Below, piece by piece: positions 57,767-58,874 of a stretch of DNA of 58,874 nucleotides. The position numbers were made by a program, and so were the translations under genes. Under the pieces are notes generated by a model. The model ran no database searches. It was not told the origin of the DNA and saw only the letters and a list, made by a program, of their open reading frames with translations. Position 1 is the stretch's first letter. Each line of letters starts with the position of its first letter. This DNA is from Stellaceae bacterium (GTDB taxonomy: Bacteria; Pseudomonadota; Alphaproteobacteria; ATCC43930; CGMCC-115725): the NCBI GenBank assembly GCA_050729555.1, contig JBOHLR010000001.1:1-58874 (forward strand), given 5' to 3'.

Positions 57767-58735
57767 ATGAAGGCTGTATTGCGAGTGACCGCGCTACTGG
57801 CGGCGATGGCTATGGCCATCCCTGCCTTCGCCGCCGAGGTGACGATTACGGTACACGCCGGCAAGGCGGACAGTCCGAACTATGCGTTGGCCCGGCAATT
57901 CTCCGAAGCGCTGGCGCTTGCCGGCAACGGCGCTTACACCCTGGTCGTCGCCGAAAGCCAGGGCTCGATTCAGAACGTCGCCGACATCAACAATGTTACC
58001 GGCAACTATCTCTTTACCGCCGCGCCGAGCGTCATCCGTCAGGCGCACCGCGGCGACAAGCCGTTTACAAAGAACCCACATTACGGCCGTATTCGCGCGC
58101 TGTTTCCGATCCCGGCGCAGACCATTCACTGGATAGTGCGCCGCGACGGGACGATCAAGGATTTCGCCGAACTCGGTGGGCAGATGTTCATTCCGGGCAC
58201 GCGCGGCACCTTGGGCGAGCGGGTCACCGAAGAGACTTTCCAAGTGCTCGGCATCGGCAAGACGGTTCAGCTGATCGACAGCAACGCCGCCGGCGCGCCC
58301 AAGGCGCTCAAGGACAAGCAGATCGGCGGCTTCGCCATCGCCGGCAGCTTTCCCATCCCCACGCTGGTGCAACTGGCCAAGACCACGCCCATCCGCCTGC
58401 TGAGCATGCCGCCGTCGGCGATCGCCAAGGTTCACGCCGCCGACGACAGCATGATGGCGATCGTCATTCCGCGCGGCACCTATCCCGGAATCGAACGCGA
58501 CGTGACGACGGTGGGGCTGCCGGCCGGCGCCTATACGACGTTGAGCATGTCCAACGCGACCGCCTATGCGCTGACCAAAGCTTTCTGGTCGCAACGCCTC
58601 GCGCTCGCCAAGAAGAATGCTGCTTGGTCGGCGATTTTGCCGTCGAAACTTGGCTCGCTCGGCGTCCGGCTCCATCCGGGCGCCCTGCGCTATTACCGCG
58701 AGGCCGGCGTGCGCGTCCCAGTGAGCTTGCGCTGA
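57767..58735 (+). CDS. TAXI-family TRAP transporter solute-binding protein
   Basis: Signal peptide is MKAVLRVTALLAAMAMAIPAFA. The TAXI pattern is present (GSIQNV, IPRGTYPGI and the C-terminal LHPGALRYYREAG). An alternative TTG start lies at 57755. Confidence 0.8.
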   Translation: MKAVLRVTALLAAMAMAIPAFAAEVTITVHAGKADSPNYALARQFSEALALAGNGAYTLVVAESQGSIQNVADINNVTGNYLFTAAPSVIRQAHRGDKPFTKNPHYGRIRALFPIPAQTIHWIVRRDGTIKDFAELGGQMFIPGTRGTLGERVTEETFQVLGIGKTVQLIDSNAAGAPKALKDKQIGGFAIAGSFPIPTLVQLAKTTPIRLLSMPPSAIAKVHAADDSMMAIVIPRGTYPGIERDVTTVGLPAGAYTTLSMSNATAYALTKAFWSQRLALAKKNAAWSAILPSKLGSLGVRLHPGALRYYREAGVRVPVSLR

Positions 58736-58736
58736 T

Positions 58737-58874
58737 TTAGTGTGCCAGACGCGGCATGAGCGCGGCAGCGAGAACCGCAAGCCAGCCGAGGATGAACAGT
58801 GTGCCGCCGACGGGAACGGCATAGGCCCAGCCCGGCGAGCCGCCCGCCGCCAGCAGCCAGAGGCCGCCGCAGAA
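58737..58874 (-). CDS. DUF423-like small membrane protein, 3' end only (runs off the window)
   Basis: The minus strand reads FCGGLWLLAAGGSPGWAYAVPVGGTLFILGWLAVLAAALMPRLAH*. This resembles the C-terminal two helices of the DUF423/YgdD family. Confidence 0.5.
   Translation of the reverse strand, partial: FCGGLWLLAAGGSPGWAYAVPVGGTLFILGWLAVLAAALMPRLAH

Noticed and set aside
57607-58822. 377-aa (+) and 342-aa (-) ORFs overlapping the TAXI gene
   Set aside because: They are alternate-frame and antisense to a clear TAXI solute-binding protein. Their composition is Arg/Gly-rich with no signal peptide or domains.

Overview
This is a GC-rich stretch of core chromosome whose gene content and order are typical of an alphaproteobacterium (Hyphomicrobiales/Rhizobiales-like). 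About 60 tightly packed genes fall into well-known conserved blocks: purM-purN; holC-pepA divergent from lptF-lptG-lptD-surA-pdxA-rsmA; gmk-yicC-mltG-fabF-acpP-fabG-fabD; rpsF-rpsR-rplI; dnaB-alr-(mlaEF)-radA-cvpA-purF; and der-bamB-yfgM-like. I see no rRNA or tRNA genes, CRISPR arrays, transposases, integrases, phage genes or recognisable defence genes. Many ORF-track entries are GC-driven antisense or alternate-frame artefacts, or carry false N-terminal extensions. I re-set starts where a signal peptide, a conserved N-terminus, a Shine-Dalgarno sequence or an ATGA/GTGA overlap supports it. Six parts are not routine. (1) Two very large, translationally coupled, uncharacterised polytopic membrane proteins (9781-13202) sit in the normally compact pepA/lptF divergent junction. 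(2) A hopanoid module (hpnN, hpnJ-hpnI, hpnM, next to ispA) includes an MlaA-like lipoprotein, which suggests an Mla-like periplasmic route for hopanoids; hpnK is missing. (3) A decayed PagL-like lipid A deacylase remnant lies upstream of hpnN. (4) A BenAB-like Rieske oxygenase pair without electron-transfer partners sits between the fab and S6 operons. (5) A 39-aa aa3 oxidase subunit-IV-like ORF is absent from the ORF track. (6) There are several small repeats and palindromes. I cannot show a genuinely new system from sequence alone. Item 1 is the best candidate, and its function is inference only.
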